Shown here: positions 24,401 through 37,381 of the stretch, piece by piece
Numbering within the stretch: position 1 is the first letter of the stretch
How the letters are laid out: each line of letters starts with the position of its first letter
Assembly: GCF_044704955.1 (NCBI RefSeq)
Contig: NC_091978.1
Span: forward strand, 40,424,001-40,488,000
From: Pristiophorus japonicus
Lineage: Eukaryota
Reading direction: 5' to 3'
DNA length: 64,000 nucleotides
Position numbers and translations under genes: made by a program
The notes under the pieces: generated by a model
Told to the model about the DNA's origin: nothing
The model's input: only the letters and a program-made list of their open reading frames with translations
Databases searched by the model: none

Positions 24401-25880
24401 ATTGGAACAAGCCCACAGCTACCCTTTGTTCCTCTGCATTCTCTGAAGGGCCCATTAAGATGCACATCGCTGCCTAATTGCGAGCAGCAATTACACTGCC
24501 CCATCTTCCTTTCGCCGATGTTCCTGCCCAGCATACCAACTGGGAGCTAATCTTGCCAAACTCCTCCTGTTCCACTCACTCCACCTGCCAGTATGCTCTT
24601 GGATTCTGCTGAGGGATTAACAATCACTGTTCCTCTCTGCATTTTCCTCTAGAATGTCTGTTCAAATGCAAACAAAACTCTTGCCATCCACAACCAAGTT
24701 GTGGATGATTGTACTGATATTGCAGCTTTGATGGAAATTTGGCTTGCATGTGGCAGCACTTTGCCCCTTACTGAAGCCTCCTGCCTGGCTATACATTCCA
24801 GCACCTGACAAACACAAGCCACCATGGTGGCGGTGTGGCCTTTATATCAAATCTCACCATGGTCTCTTCCCTCTACTCTTGTACCTTCTCATTCTCGACT
24901 GCCCCCCAAGTCGTACACTGGGTTTCTCACTGAGTTATTCTCCTTCCCACCCCACCCCTAGCCACTGCACTGAGCAAGTCCTCCTCTTCAGTGATTTTAA
25001 TCTCCATCTCTACTCACCTTGCGCTTCTTCTGATTTAATTGTCCTTCTGTTCTCCTTTAGCCTATCCTTCCATCTAAACTCTACTATCCATATTCATGGC
25101 CACCCCTTCTAAATTGCTAACTCACATGGCCTCTCTACAATCCCATTATCTCGATCACAGGTAACGCCATGTCTGACCACTTTCTTGTATTCCTCAATCA
25201 TCCTCAATCCCTCGTATTTCCGCCCCCCCCCCCCCCCCCCAGATCCCTTCAATCTCACTTCCTTCAGTGTTTACCCTGGTATAAACTCCCTTACTACTCA
25301 CTTAGAATTGCACTTTCAAATTCCCAACTATCGAGCCTTCGGCCTTCCATTCATCATGATTGTTCTGCAGCTGTCGATCTGCTCAACCACTCCCTCATTC
25401 ACTTGCACCTTTGATGCCAAGAAAACGCTTTGCTCCTCTCCCACTCTGGTCAATCCCCTGGTGTGGTCTCCATCTTCGCTCCCTCATCCAATAGGTGCAA
25501 ACTTGAGCGTATCTGATGTACAATTAGATTAGCCATCCATTAGCAAATCTGGCTGGATCACAGTAAGCACCGTCAGATTCTTATGTCAGGCCTTGCTCTC
25601 CTCTGCCAAAACCGCTCGTTTCTCCAGGATCATTGGAAAGCAAAGATAACCCCTTTTATCCCCTATTAGCTGGCTCCTTAAACCCCTCCACCTCAACTCC
25701 AAAAACAAATGCAAGGAACTCATGGACTTCATTATCACTAAAATTGAGACCATCTGTTTAGCTGCCTCTGCCAGAGCCCTCCTGCCCTGGCCCTAACCGT
25801 ACATTTTCCTATCTCCCCTCTTGCTTTTCCATGCTCACTTGTCCAAGAGATTTCCCTCCTGCTCCTGTGACTTCATTCCC

Positions 25881-26220
25881 TTCTTCTTCTAAGGCAGTCT
25901 CTTGGAGTCGAGGATGACTTGCTTCCACACGAAAAATGAGTTCTCGGGTGACTGAAGAGTCCAATGCGGGATTCACAGTCTCTATCACAGGTGAGGCAGA
26001 CGGTGGTTGAAGGAACGAGTGAGTGGGGTGCCTGGGTTGCTGCACACTGCTTCCGTTGTCTATACGCTTGGCTTCAGGTTGCTCTCTGTGATGAGACTCC
26101 AGGTGCTTCGTGCCTTCCCAGATGCTCTTCCTCCACTTTGGGCAGTCTTGGGCCAGGGATTCCCAGGTGTCGGTGGAGTTATTGCACTTTTTCAAGGAGG
26201 TTTTGAGTGTTTCCTTGAAG
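25881..26220 (-). mobile_element. Short 5'-truncated RTE LINE
   Basis: RTE 3' end (WESLAQDCPKWRKSI) with an (AAG)n tail. Near-perfect 10-bp TSD CTTCATTCCC (25871-25880) / CTTTATTCCC (26221-26230). Confidence 0.85.
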
Positions 26221-26431
26221 CTTTATTCCCACTAAACTGCTGACTATCCAACTTCAAAGGAATCAAGGGATATGGGGATAGGGTGGGAAAGTCGAGATGC
26301 CATGACCTTATTGAATGGCGGAGCAGACTTAAGGGGCCACATGACGCACTTCGTGCTCCTATTTCTTAGTGTTCTCTACATGGCTTCAATTATAGTTGAC
26401 TTTGTAAATGGATTTCTTTCCTTGGATACTA

Positions 26432-28570
26432 ACATAGAAACATAGAAAATAGGTGCAGGAGTAGGCCATTCGGCCCTTCTAGCCTGCGCCGCCATTCAAT
26501 GAGTTCATGACTGAACATGCAACTTCAGTACCCCATTCCTGCTTTCTTGCCATCCCCCTTGATCCCCCTCGTAGTAAGGACTTCATCTAACTCCTTTTTG
26601 AATATATTTAGTGAATTGGCCTCAACAACTTTCTGTGGTAGAGAATTCCACAGGTTCACCACTCTCTGGGTGAAGAAGTTTCTCCTCATAAGAACATAAG
26701 AATTAGGAACAGGAGTAGGCCATCTAGCCCCTCGAGCCTGCTCCGCCATTCAAAAAGATCATGGCTGATCTGGTCGTGGACTCAGCTCCACTTACCCGCC
26801 CTCTCCCTGTAACCCTTAATTCCCTTATTGGTTAAAAATCTATCTATCTTTGACTTGAAAACATTCAATGAGCTAGCCTCAACTGCTTCCTTGGGCAGAG
26901 AATTCCACAGATTCACAACCCTCTGGGAGAAGAAATTCTTTCTCAACTCGGTTTTAAATTGGCTCCTCCGTATTTTGAGGCTGTGCCCCCTAGTTCTAGA
27001 CTCCCCCACCAGTGGAAACAACCTCTCTGCCACTATCTTGTCTATCTCTTTCATGATTTTAAATGTTTCTATAAGATCACCCCTCATCCTTCTGAATTCC
27101 AACGAGTAAAGACCCAGTCTACTCAATCTATCATCATAAGGTAACCCCCTCATTTCTGGAATCAGCCGATTGAATCGTCTCTGTACCCCTTCCAAAGCTA
27201 GTATATCCTTCCTTAAGTAAGGTGATCAAAACTGCACGCAGTACTCCAGGTGCGGCCTTACCAATACCTTATACAGTTGCAGCAGGACCTCCCTGCTTTT
27301 GTACTCCATCCCTCTCGCAATGAAGGCCAACATTCCATTCGCCTTCCTGATTACCTGCTGCACCTGCAAACTAACCTTTTGGAAAAGAGTTTCATGCACA
27401 AGGACCCCCAGGTCCCTCTGCACCACAGCATGTTGTAATTTCTCCCCATTCAAATAATATTCCCTATTACTGTTTTTTTTTCCCCAAGGTGGATGACCTC
27501 ACACTTTCCGACATTGTATTCCATCTGCCAAACCTTAGCCCATTCGCTTAACCTATCCAAATCTCCTTGCAGCCTCTCTGTGTCCTCTACACAACCCGCT
27601 TTCCCACTAATCTTTGTGTCATCTGCAAATTTTGTTGCACTACACTCTGTCCCCTCTTCTAGATCATCTATGTATATTGTAAACAGTAGTGGTCCCAGCA
27701 CTGATCCCTGTGGCACACCACTAACCACTGATTTCCAACCGGAAAAGGACCCATTTATCCCGACTGTCTGCTTTCTGTTCGCCAGCCAATTCTCTATCCA
27801 TGTTAATACATTTCCTCTGACTCCGCGTACCTCTATCTTCTGCAGTAACCTTTTGTGTGGCACCTTATCGAATGCCTTTTGGAAATCTAAATACACCACA
27901 TCCATCGGTACACCTCTATCCACCATGCTCGTTATATCCTCAAAGAATTCCAGTAAATTAGTTAAACATGATTTCCCTTTCATGAATCCATGCTGCGTCT
28001 GCTTGATTGCACTATTCCTATCTAGATGTCCCGCTATTTCTTCCTTAATGATAGTTTCAAGCATTTTCCCCACTACAGATGTTAAACTAACCGGCCTATA
28101 GTTACCTGCCTTTTGTCTGCCCCCTTTTTTAAACAGAGGCGTTACATTAGCTGCTTTCCAATCCGCTGGTACCTCCCCAGAGTCCAGAGAATTTTGGTAG
28201 ATTATAACGAATGCATCTGCTATAACTTCCGCCATCTCTTTTAATACCCTGGGATGCATTTCATCAGGACCAGGGGACTTGTCTACCTTCAGTCTCATCT
28301 CGGTCCTAAATGGCTTACCCATTATCCTTAAACTGTGACCCCTGGTTCTGGACTTCCCCTACATTGGGAACATTCTTCCTGCATCTAACTTGTCTGAACC
28401 TATCAAAATTTTAAACGTTGCTATGAGATCCCCTCTCATTCTTCTGAACTCCAGTGAATACAAGCCCAGTTGATCCAGTCTTTCTTGATAGGTCAGTTCC
28501 GCCATCCCGGGAATCAGTCTGGTGAACCTTCGCTGCACTCCCTCAATAGCAAGAATGTCCTTCCTCAAGT
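26432..28570 (-). mobile_element. CR1 family A 3' fragment split by a family B copy
   Basis: 26432-26688 breaks at TTTCTCCTCAT and resumes at about 28293 with TCTCATCTCGGTCC. Confidence 0.85.
26687..28292 (-). mobile_element. 5'-truncated CR1 LINE, family B (nested)
   Basis: (CATAAGAA)n tail. The RT ORF in 27450-28290 is nearly identical to the 7766 and 32154 copies. Confidence 0.9.
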
Positions 28571-30800
28571 TTGAAACTGTCCCGCACACTTTCAAAACCG
28601 TCAGTCATCCTCTCCTCAAAAAGATCCACCCTTGACCCATCTGACCTCACAAACTACTGCCCCATTTCCAACCTCCCCTTCATCTCCAAAGTTCTTGAAC
28701 ATGTTGTCATCTCCTAAATCTGTGTCCATCTTTCACACAACTCCATTTTTGAATCCCTCCAATCCGATTTCCACCCCACCACCATCTGCCCTAATCAAAG
28801 TCGCAAAGTGACTGTGACCGTGGTGCATTATCCCTCCTCATCCTCAACCTCTCTGCGGCCTTTGGCACCATTCACCACACCATCCATCTCCTGTGCCTCT
28901 CCGTTCTCCATCTCAGTGTGACTGAACTTGCTCAGTTCCACTCTTGTCTATCCAATCATAGCCAGAGCATCTGCAGCAATGTCTTCTCTTCCACCTGCCC
29001 CTCCCCCCCAACATTGTTCCCTCTGGAGCATCCCAAGAATCTATCCTATTCCTCATCTACATGCTGCCTCTTAGCGACCTTAGCTGAAGACATGGGGTCA
29101 GCTTCCACATGTATGCTGATGACATCCAATTATACCTCTTCACCATCTCACGACCCCTCACTGGCAGTGTGTTGTCAGACTACTTGTCCAATATCCAGTC
29201 CTAGATGAGCTTTAATTTTCTCCAGTTAAACAATGGAAAGACCGAAGCCATTATCTTCGGCCTCCGTCACAAACTTCATAGTCTTGTTATTAATGCCATC
29301 CCCCTCCCCAGCCAATGCCCGTTTGACCCAGGCTATTCACAACCCCTGCATCTTATTCGACCCCATTTTGTCTCCATCATAAAGATTATTTACTTCCACC
29401 TCTGTAACATTGCCTGTCTCCGCCCAGCCTGTCTGCTACTGTAATCCTCAGCCATGCCTTTCTGACCGACAGAATCAAACATTTTAATGCTCTCGTGGCT
29501 GGTCTCCTAGCCTCCTGGAATGTCACCTCATCCAAAACCTTGCTGCCCATGTCTTATCCTGCTTCAAGTCCCAGTTACCCATCACCCTTGTGCTTGCTCA
29601 CCCACAATGGTTCCCCACTGCTTCAAATTCAGGAACTTGCACTCCTCCAATTCTGGCTTCTTGTATATCACCCACTCTACTTATCCCACCATTGGCAGCC
29701 ACACCTTCTGACGAGTTGAAGGTTTACTCAGGTTGTTTTAAATTTGTTCAAGGGATGCTTGTTGCAAAGGCCAGAATTTATTGCCCATCCCTAATAGCTC
29801 TTGAGAAGATGGTGGTGAGCTGCCTTGAACTGCTGAGCTTGTGGACTCTAATGCAATGTGCTTAGATTATTCCAACTCATTCTACTTTGAGTCAAATATC
29901 AGAGCATCCCTAACTGTCCCTCTCCCCCAATAGCTTCCCTAACATCTGACATTTAAAATTAATAGTACTGTAGTTCCATCCTTGAATTTATTTCTGCAGA
30001 GTGTGAATTTTTTAATCTACTGTGCTGATCTGTTCGAAACATTTGGGCCTATAAAATAAATGATTTCCAAAATCTGTTGTCAAATTCAGTAATAGACAAT
30101 GCCTGCAGTGACCTAACTTACCATTAAGTTACTCAAATTTGGACTTCGGTAAGGTAAATAGAAAATACTACAAGTTCTTGAGTTCAAAATACCAAAGTAA
30201 TGCAGATCCATTCTTCTTAGGCAGTCCCTCTGAGTCGAGGATGACTTGCTTCCACACTAAAAATGAGTTCTCGGGTGACTGAAGAGTCCAATGCAGGACC
30301 TACGGTCTCTATCACAGGTGGGGCGGTTGGAGGTTGGGGTGCCTGGGTTGCTGCGCGTTCCTTCCACTGTCAACGCATGGCTTCAGCTTGCTCTCGGCAA
30401 AGAGACTCGAGGTGGTCAGCGCCCTCCCAGATGCTTTTCCTCCACTTTGAGCGGTCTTGGGCCAGGGATTCGTAGGTGTCGGTGGGGATGTTGCATTTTT
30501 TTAAGGAGGCTTTGAGGATGGCCTTGAAGCGTTTCCTCTGCCCATCTCGAGCTCATTTGTCATGTCGGTGCTCTGGAGTAGAGCGCTTGTTTTGGGAGTT
30601 TCTTGTCAGGCATGCAGATGAGGTGGCCCTTCCAGCGGAGTTGATCGAGCGTGGTCAGTGCTTCGATGCTGGAGATGTTGGCCTGAGCGAGAACACTGAC
30701 GTTGGTGCGCCTATCCTGCCAATGGATTTTCAGGATCTTGCGGAGGCACCGTTGGTGGTACTTCTCCAGTGTTTTGAGGTGCCTACTGTACATACTCCAT

Positions 30801-31824
30801 GAGGGCAATTTTCGCCATCATAGGGTACCGTTTTTTTCGCTCCCGTCGATTTATTTTTGACGTAATCGGTCATTTGAAATTTTCCCTAAAGTTTTGCCGC
30901 CAGCGCCAACTGTCCGCTAGATATTTTGCCGCTGGTCTGCGTTGAAAATTGATTCCGTGCCGTATCTGGCCAATTATGCCAGTTTCCCCAGCAATAATTT
31001 TTTTCAAAACTGCGCCGAGAGACCTTGGACACAGTTGTAAAAAAGCCCACCTTAAGTTAAGGAAATCGGCGCTGGCCCGCTGCAGTCCCGGGCCGAAGGT
31101 CCTCCACGCAAATTCTAGAGCTTCTGTGCCAGACTGAACAAGAATCATAGAATCATACTCCAGGCACATTGAAAAATAATTTGCAGCATTATAAGGAAAT
31201 GTCATTCACAGCATACGTTGAGGTGTTGTTCAACTTGCAGAAGAGCCTTTTCAATCTTGTAGCCTTAATACAATTGAATGCAACTTTGTGTCAATTTCAT
31301 ACTATTTTAGTCCACAGTATTTTCAGATAATTTGGTATACAAAACTACCTAAAATGTAACATTTGTAAGTGTTGATTTGTAGTTAATAAATTGAGTGTGG
31401 GAGGGGGGAGCACGTGCGATGGAGAGGAGGAGGAGGAGGAGGAGGAAAAGAAGGGGGTTGAAATAAAACATCTTGATGTGCATTGTCATTCATGTTCTTA
31501 TTACCTTGCACACTAACTCATGCTGAATGTAAATAAGGGGGGCCTGATCCATCATCAGTGCCTTTTCCATTGCCACAGAAGAATTTAAAGCAGCCTTGCT
31601 TGCATGCGCAGTGAGTGATTTATATTTTTCCATCGCATGTGCAGTGATTTTTTTTTTTCCAGCGCATGCACAGTGATTTTTCGGTGCAAGCTACAAGCTC
31701 CACCCCCAGAATTGTCTTCGGGTAACGCGGCACTAAAAGTGCCGGTTTTTTTTGCGCAAACGGGGCGGGGAAAAACCTTATCGTATGTGGGTACCATAAA
31801 TTGTGAATGTGGAAAATCAGGGCC
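30801..31824. mobile_element. Non-autonomous TIR element inserted in the RTE
   Basis: The RTE sequence stops at 30800 and resumes at about 31825. Degenerate inverted ends GAGGGCAATTTTC / GGAAAATCAGGGCC. CpG-rich arms, AT-rich core, (GGA)n tract. Confidence 0.65.
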
Positions 31825-32153
31825 ATCGTCTGAGCCATATAGAAAGATGGGTATCACAACTGCTCTTCAGACCACGAGCTTGGTGCTGAGTTTGAGGTCC
31901 TGGTCTTCAAACACTCTCTTTCTCAGGTGACCGAAAGCTGCACTGTTACACTGAAGGCGGTGTTGGACCGAGTCATCGCTATCTACCCTTGTTTGACAGT
32001 AGGCTCCCGAGGTATGGAAAATGGTCCATGTTGCCCAAGACCTTGTCGTGGATTTTGATAACCGGGGGGGGGCCGGTGGGGAGGGGAGCGTTTGTGGGTA
32101 GTGCTGTGTGGCGGGGGCAGTTTGGTAGAGGACCTTTGTCTTACAGGTGTTTA

Positions 32154-34093
32154 CAGCAAAGAATGACTAAGAAAGCAATATAGAAAAGAAAGATAGATTA
32201 CGAAGGTAAACTTGCGCAAAACATAAAAACGGATAGTAAAAGCTTTTACAGATATATAAAACGGAAAAGAGTGACTAAAGTAAATGTTGGTCCCTTAGAA
32301 GATGAGAAGGGGGATTTAGTAATGGGAAATGTGGAAATGGCTGAGACCTTAAACAATTATTTTGCTTCGGTCTTCACAGTGGAAGACACAGAAACCATGC
32401 CAGAAATTGCTGGTCACAGGAATGTGGAAAGGGAGAACCTTGAGACAATCACTATCACTAGGGGGGTAGTGCTGGACAGGCTAATGGGACTCAACGTAGA
32501 CAAGTCCCCTGGTCCTGATGAAATGCATCCCAGGGTATTAAAAGAGATGGTGGAAGTTATAGCAGATGCATTCGTTATAATCTACCAAAATTCTCTGGAC
32601 TCTGGGGAGGTACCAGCGGATTGGAAAGCAGCTAATGTAACGCCTCTGTTTAAAAAAGGGGGCAGACAAAAGGCAGGTAACTATAGGCCGGTTAGTTTAA
32701 CATCTGTAGTGGGGAAAATGCTTGAAGCTATCATTAAGGAAGAAATAGCGGGACATCTAGATAGGAATAGTGCAATCAAGCATGGATTCGTGAAAGGGAA
32801 ATCATGTTTAACTAATTTACTGGAATTCTTTGAGGATATAACGAGCATGGTGGATAGAGGTGTACCGATGGATGTGGTGTATTTAGATTTCCAAAAGGCA
32901 TTCGATAAGGTGCCACACAAAAGGTTACTGCAGAAGATAAAGGTACGTGGAGTCAGAGGAAATGTATTAGCATGGATAGAGAATTGGCTAGCTAACAGAA
33001 AGCAGAGAGTCGGGATAAATGGGTCCTTTTCGGGTTGAAAATCGGTTGTTAGTGGTGTGCCACAGGGATCGGTGCTGGGACCACAACTGTTTACAATATA
33101 CATAGATGACCTGGAAGAGGGGACAGAGTGTAGTGTAACAAAATTTGCAGATGACGCAAAGATTAGTGGGAAAGCGGGTTGTGTAGAGGACACAGAGAGG
33201 CTGCAAAGAGATTTAGATAGGTTAAGCGAATGGGCTCAGGTTTGGCAGATGGAATACAATGTCGGAAAGTGAGAGGTCATCCACCTTGGGTGGGGGGGGG
33301 GAGGGAAAATAACAGTAAAAGGGAATATTATTTGAATGGGGAGAAATTACAACATGCTGCGGTGCAGAGGGACCTGGGGGGGGTCCTTGTGCATGAATCC
33401 CAAAAAGTTAGTTTGCATGTGCAATAGGTAATCAGGAAGGCGAATGGAATGTTGGCCTTCATTGCGAGAGGGATGGAGTACAAAAGCAGGGAGGTCCTTC
33501 TGCAACTGTATCGGGTATTGGTGAGGCCGCACCTGGAGTACTGCGTGCTGTTTTGGTCACCTTACTTAAGGAAGGATATACTAGCTTTGGAGGGGGTACA
33601 GAGACGATTCACTAGGCTGATTCCAGAAATGAGGGGGTTGCCTTATGATGATAGATTGAGTTGACTGGGTCTTTACTCGTTGGAGTTCAGAAGGATGAGG
33701 GGTGATCTTATAGAAACATTTAAAATAATGAAAGGGATAGACAAGATAGAGGCAGAGAGGTTGTTTCCACTGGTCCGGGTGACTAGAACTAGGGGGCACA
33801 GCCTCAAAATACGGGGGAGCCAATTTAAAACCGAGTTGAGAAGGAATTTCTTCTCCCAGAGAGTTGTGAATCTGTGGAATTCTCTGCCCAAGGAAGCAGT
33901 TGAGAGTAGCTCATTGAATGTATTCAAGTCACAGATAGATAGATTTTTAACGAATAAGAGAATTAAGGGTTACGGGGAGCGGGCGGGTAAGTGGAGCTGA
34001 GTCCACGGCCAGATCAGCCATGATCTTGTTGAATGGCGGAGCAGGCTCGAGGGGCTAGATGGCCTACTCCTGTTCCTAATTCTTATGTTCTTA
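32154..34093 (+). mobile_element. 5'-truncated CR1 LINE, family B, inserted in the RTE
   Basis: RT ORFs at 32271-34000, tail TTCTTATGTTCTTATG, flanking direct repeat TGTTTA (32148-32153 / 34094-34099). Confidence 0.92.
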
Positions 34094-37000
34094 TGTTTAA
34101 TGTAAGGCCCATGCTCTCGTACGCCTCGGTGAAGGTGTTGACAATGGCTTGGAGTTCGGCCTCCGAGTGTGCGCAGATGCAAGCGTCGTCTGCATACTGT
34201 AATTCGATGACTGAGGATGGGACGACCTTGGATCTGGCCTGGAAGTGGCGGAGGTTGAACAGATTCCCGTTTGTCCTGTAATTTAGTTCCACTCCAGTGG
34301 GGAGCTTGCCGAGAGTGAGATGGAGCATTGCAGCAAGGAAGATAGAGAAGAACGTTGGTGCTTGACTCCAGTCTGAACATGAATTGGGTCTATGGTGGAT
34401 ATGTTAGTCAGGATCACTGCTTGGATGTCATCGTGGAGCAGGTGGAGGATGGTGACAAACATTTGAGGGCAGCCACATCTGAGGAGGATACTCCATAATC
34501 CCTCACAGTTGATAGCGTTGAAGGCTTTTGTGAGTTCAAAGGCGGCCATGTACAGGGTTTGGTGCTGTTCTCTGCATTTCTCTTGTATCTGCCATGTGAT
34601 GAAGATCATGTCTATTGTGCCCCTTAGTGGGTGGAATCCACATTGCGACTCTGGGAGGAGCTCTTCAGCCACAGGGAGAAGCCGATTCAAGAAGATTCTT
34701 GCGGTGACTTGCCCGGTGGTCGACAGCAGGGAGATTCCTCTGTAGTTACCGCAGTCATGATAACAACGTCTGAGATCTGGCATGATCTCTTCCTTCCAGA
34801 TAAGAGAGATAAAGTCATGAATCCGCGCCAGTAGTGCTTCTCCGCCATGTTTTAGTGCTTCGGCAGGCTTCCATCTGCTCCTGATGCCTTGTTCTTCAGT
34901 TGTCGGATGGTACTTTCAACGTCGTGCCGGGCTGCTGTTGTTCTGAGATGGTAGCATGCTGTGGGATGGAGTCGAGGACACTCTCATCGAAGACAGAGTC
35001 TAGGTTAAGGAGATCCTCAAAGTGCTCTTTCCAGCGGGCACTGACTGCCTCTCTGTGCTTGATGAGCACCTCTCCGTTCTTGGTCAGTAGTGGGGTAGGG
35101 CCTTGGGTACTTGGGCCGTAGGTTACTTTGACTGCGCTGAAGAATCCTTGCACGTCGTGGTTGTCGGCTAGCTGCTGGATTTCTTGTGCTTTCTCCACCC
35201 ACCATCTGTTCTTTAGGTCGCAGGTTTTCTGTTGGACCTCGACCTTCAGGCGTCTGTAGAGCTGCTTTCTTGTCCTCGAGTTGTGTTGTTTCCAGTCCAA
35301 GAATGTCTTGCGCTTATGGCATATTAGCTCCTGGATCTGCTGGTTGTTCTCATCGAACCAGTCTTGATGTTTCCAGATCGAGTGACCGAGCGTCTCTTCG
35401 CAGGTGTTAATTATGGAAGCCTTGAGGGCAGACCAGGCACTGTGAATACTCTGCGTCTCTGGGTCACTGGGAGTCATCAGGTTGGTAGTGAGATGCTGGC
35501 TGAATAGGGCTTTCTTAGCAGGATCTTTTGAGTGCTCCGGCATTGATTTTCCTGCAGCATTGTTTCTGTTGCCATCGCTGTTTTGGGGCATTGTTGATGG
35601 TGATGACGGAGCGAATTAGGCGGTGGTCCATCCAGCAGTTGTCAGCTCCTGCCATGGTGAGGGTGATGCGCATGTCTTTCTGGTCCCTCGATCAGACGAT
35701 GATGTAGCCTAACAGATGCCAGTGCTTGGAGTGAGGGTGTTGCCATGAGGCTTTATATTAGTCCTTCTGATGGAACAGGGTATTGGTTATCACGAGGTTG
35801 TGTTCTGAGCATTTCGGCAGGAGGAGGGTGCCATAGGAGTTTGCTTTCCCTACACCCCTCGCTTATCAATCTCCCCAGAGGTCAGTGTCCTTTCCAACTC
35901 TGGCGTTGAAGCCGCCATGGAGGATCAGCTTGTCATCCATTGGGACTCGGGACAGGAATTGGTTGAGGCTGGAGTAGAATTCCTCTTTGGTCTCATCTCT
36001 AACTTCCAGGGTTGGAACATATGCGGCGAAGACTGTAGTGTACAGGTTCCTGGCTTGGGTGCGCCGAAGATTCACGAGGCGTTCGGTTATCCCGCAAGGG
36101 GAGTCTCAGACGGCCCACGAGCATGTTTTTTACAACGAAGCCTTTGCCCAATGAAGGCAGAGTTCTACTTCTGGTTTGCCTTTCCAGAAGAAGGTACAGC
36201 TACCACCTTGTTCTCTGAGCTGGCCTTCCCCGGCCCGCTGGGTCTCGCTTAGGACAGCGATGTCTATGTCGAAGCGCCCGAGTTCCCGGGCAACAATAGC
36301 AGTGCGACTTTCCGGTCTGTTGCTGTTGTGGTTGTCCATGAGGGTACTGACGTTCCAGGTCCTGAACTTCATCTTGAAGTGTGGAAAATGCCTGTGCATG
36401 AATTCTTTTAATGTGGGGTGGCCATTGCACACCAGCTACCGCACGGGCTTGACGGAGCAAGGTCTTGGTCCACTGGCAAGGAGATCCAAGGCGACTGGAG
36501 ACTAGGCTCCGCTGTATGGGCCTAGTACATGCAAACACACATTCCTACTGTCCTCCTTTCTCCTTCCCGCAGGATCTCTCTCCCTGGGTTTCATGGAACG
36601 CAATGGCGGCCTCACGAACTCGCTGTTGGCCTGTGCTGCTCTGCTCCTGGGCTTGGTCCCTGCTGCTGGTCTACGCTGCGCTGCTCCTGGGCCACGACCT
36701 CGCTGCTGATCCTCGCTGTGCCGCTTCTGGGCCTCGCCGACTGCGAGACCTTCCGCTGCTCTCCGACCTCCGGGCCTCACGCTGTCTCCGACCTCTGGGC
36801 CTTACACTGCTCTCTGAGCAGCGGGAGGCCCGGAAGTCGGCGAAGAGAGCGAGGCCCGGAGGTCGGCGGGCAGCGGGACGCCCAGAGGTCGGAGAGCAGA
36901 TCCATTATACAACTCGTGAGTGCATTATGGGTTTATAAAAATAAACCTGACATGAACCTTTTGCACCTTGTTCGTTAAAATTGTAGGTTATGTTAATCGG

Positions 37001-37381
37001 TTAAATAAAATGCAAACACTATTTTTGTTTTAATTGATTTTTCTACTGACCGTTTGTCAAATTTGATGGGGAGGTTAGAAATATTGTGCAGAAGGTCATT
37101 AAAATGTGGAATGCTCTGCCAATACTATTATTTGGAAGGAATTAGATAGTTGCTTGAGAAAATTGGATATTGAAGAGTATAGGAAATGAGCAGCAGAGTG
37201 GTAGTGGAATTGTGGCTCATGTCGAGAAAAACAGCGGCACAGACTTGATCGATAGAATGATATGTCTGATGTAACAGTTTATGCTCGTCGGGTTCTGTTA
37301 AATATTTGTTTTTTTTTGTGATAGTGCATTAACATTTTCAACAAGTGCAGCAAATTGTGGTACACGTCTCTTATTATACAT

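Larger units (their letters stand above)
24620..29700 (+). mobile_element. Old L2-clade LINE (endonuclease part ~24620-25790, RT part ~28595-29700) split by later insertions
   Basis: C-rich degraded ORF2 with DFNLH, SDHFLV, a PISNLPFISKVLE-like segment, HMYADD and LQLNNGKTEAIIF. Confidence 0.7.
30213..36895 (-). mobile_element. Full-length RTE-clade LINE interrupted by a TIR element and a CR1
   Basis: 11-bp TSD GCAGATCCATT at 30202-30212 and 36896-36906. Endonuclease (TWNVSTL, IDIAVLSET, FNARVG) at 35866-36432, linker (DWFDEN), RT (LPESQCGF, ELQYADD), and C-terminus at 30213-30800. Confidence 0.9.

Noticed and set aside
27450-28322. 290-aa ORF starting MGKPFRTEMR fused to an RT domain, which looks like a rearranged RT
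   Set aside because: Chance in-frame junction between a CR1-A C-terminal fragment and a nested CR1-B copy.
36465-36978. GC-rich ORFs and CpG-island-like sequence suggesting a host first exon
   Set aside because: It lies inside the TSD-bounded RTE and consists of its 5' repeats.
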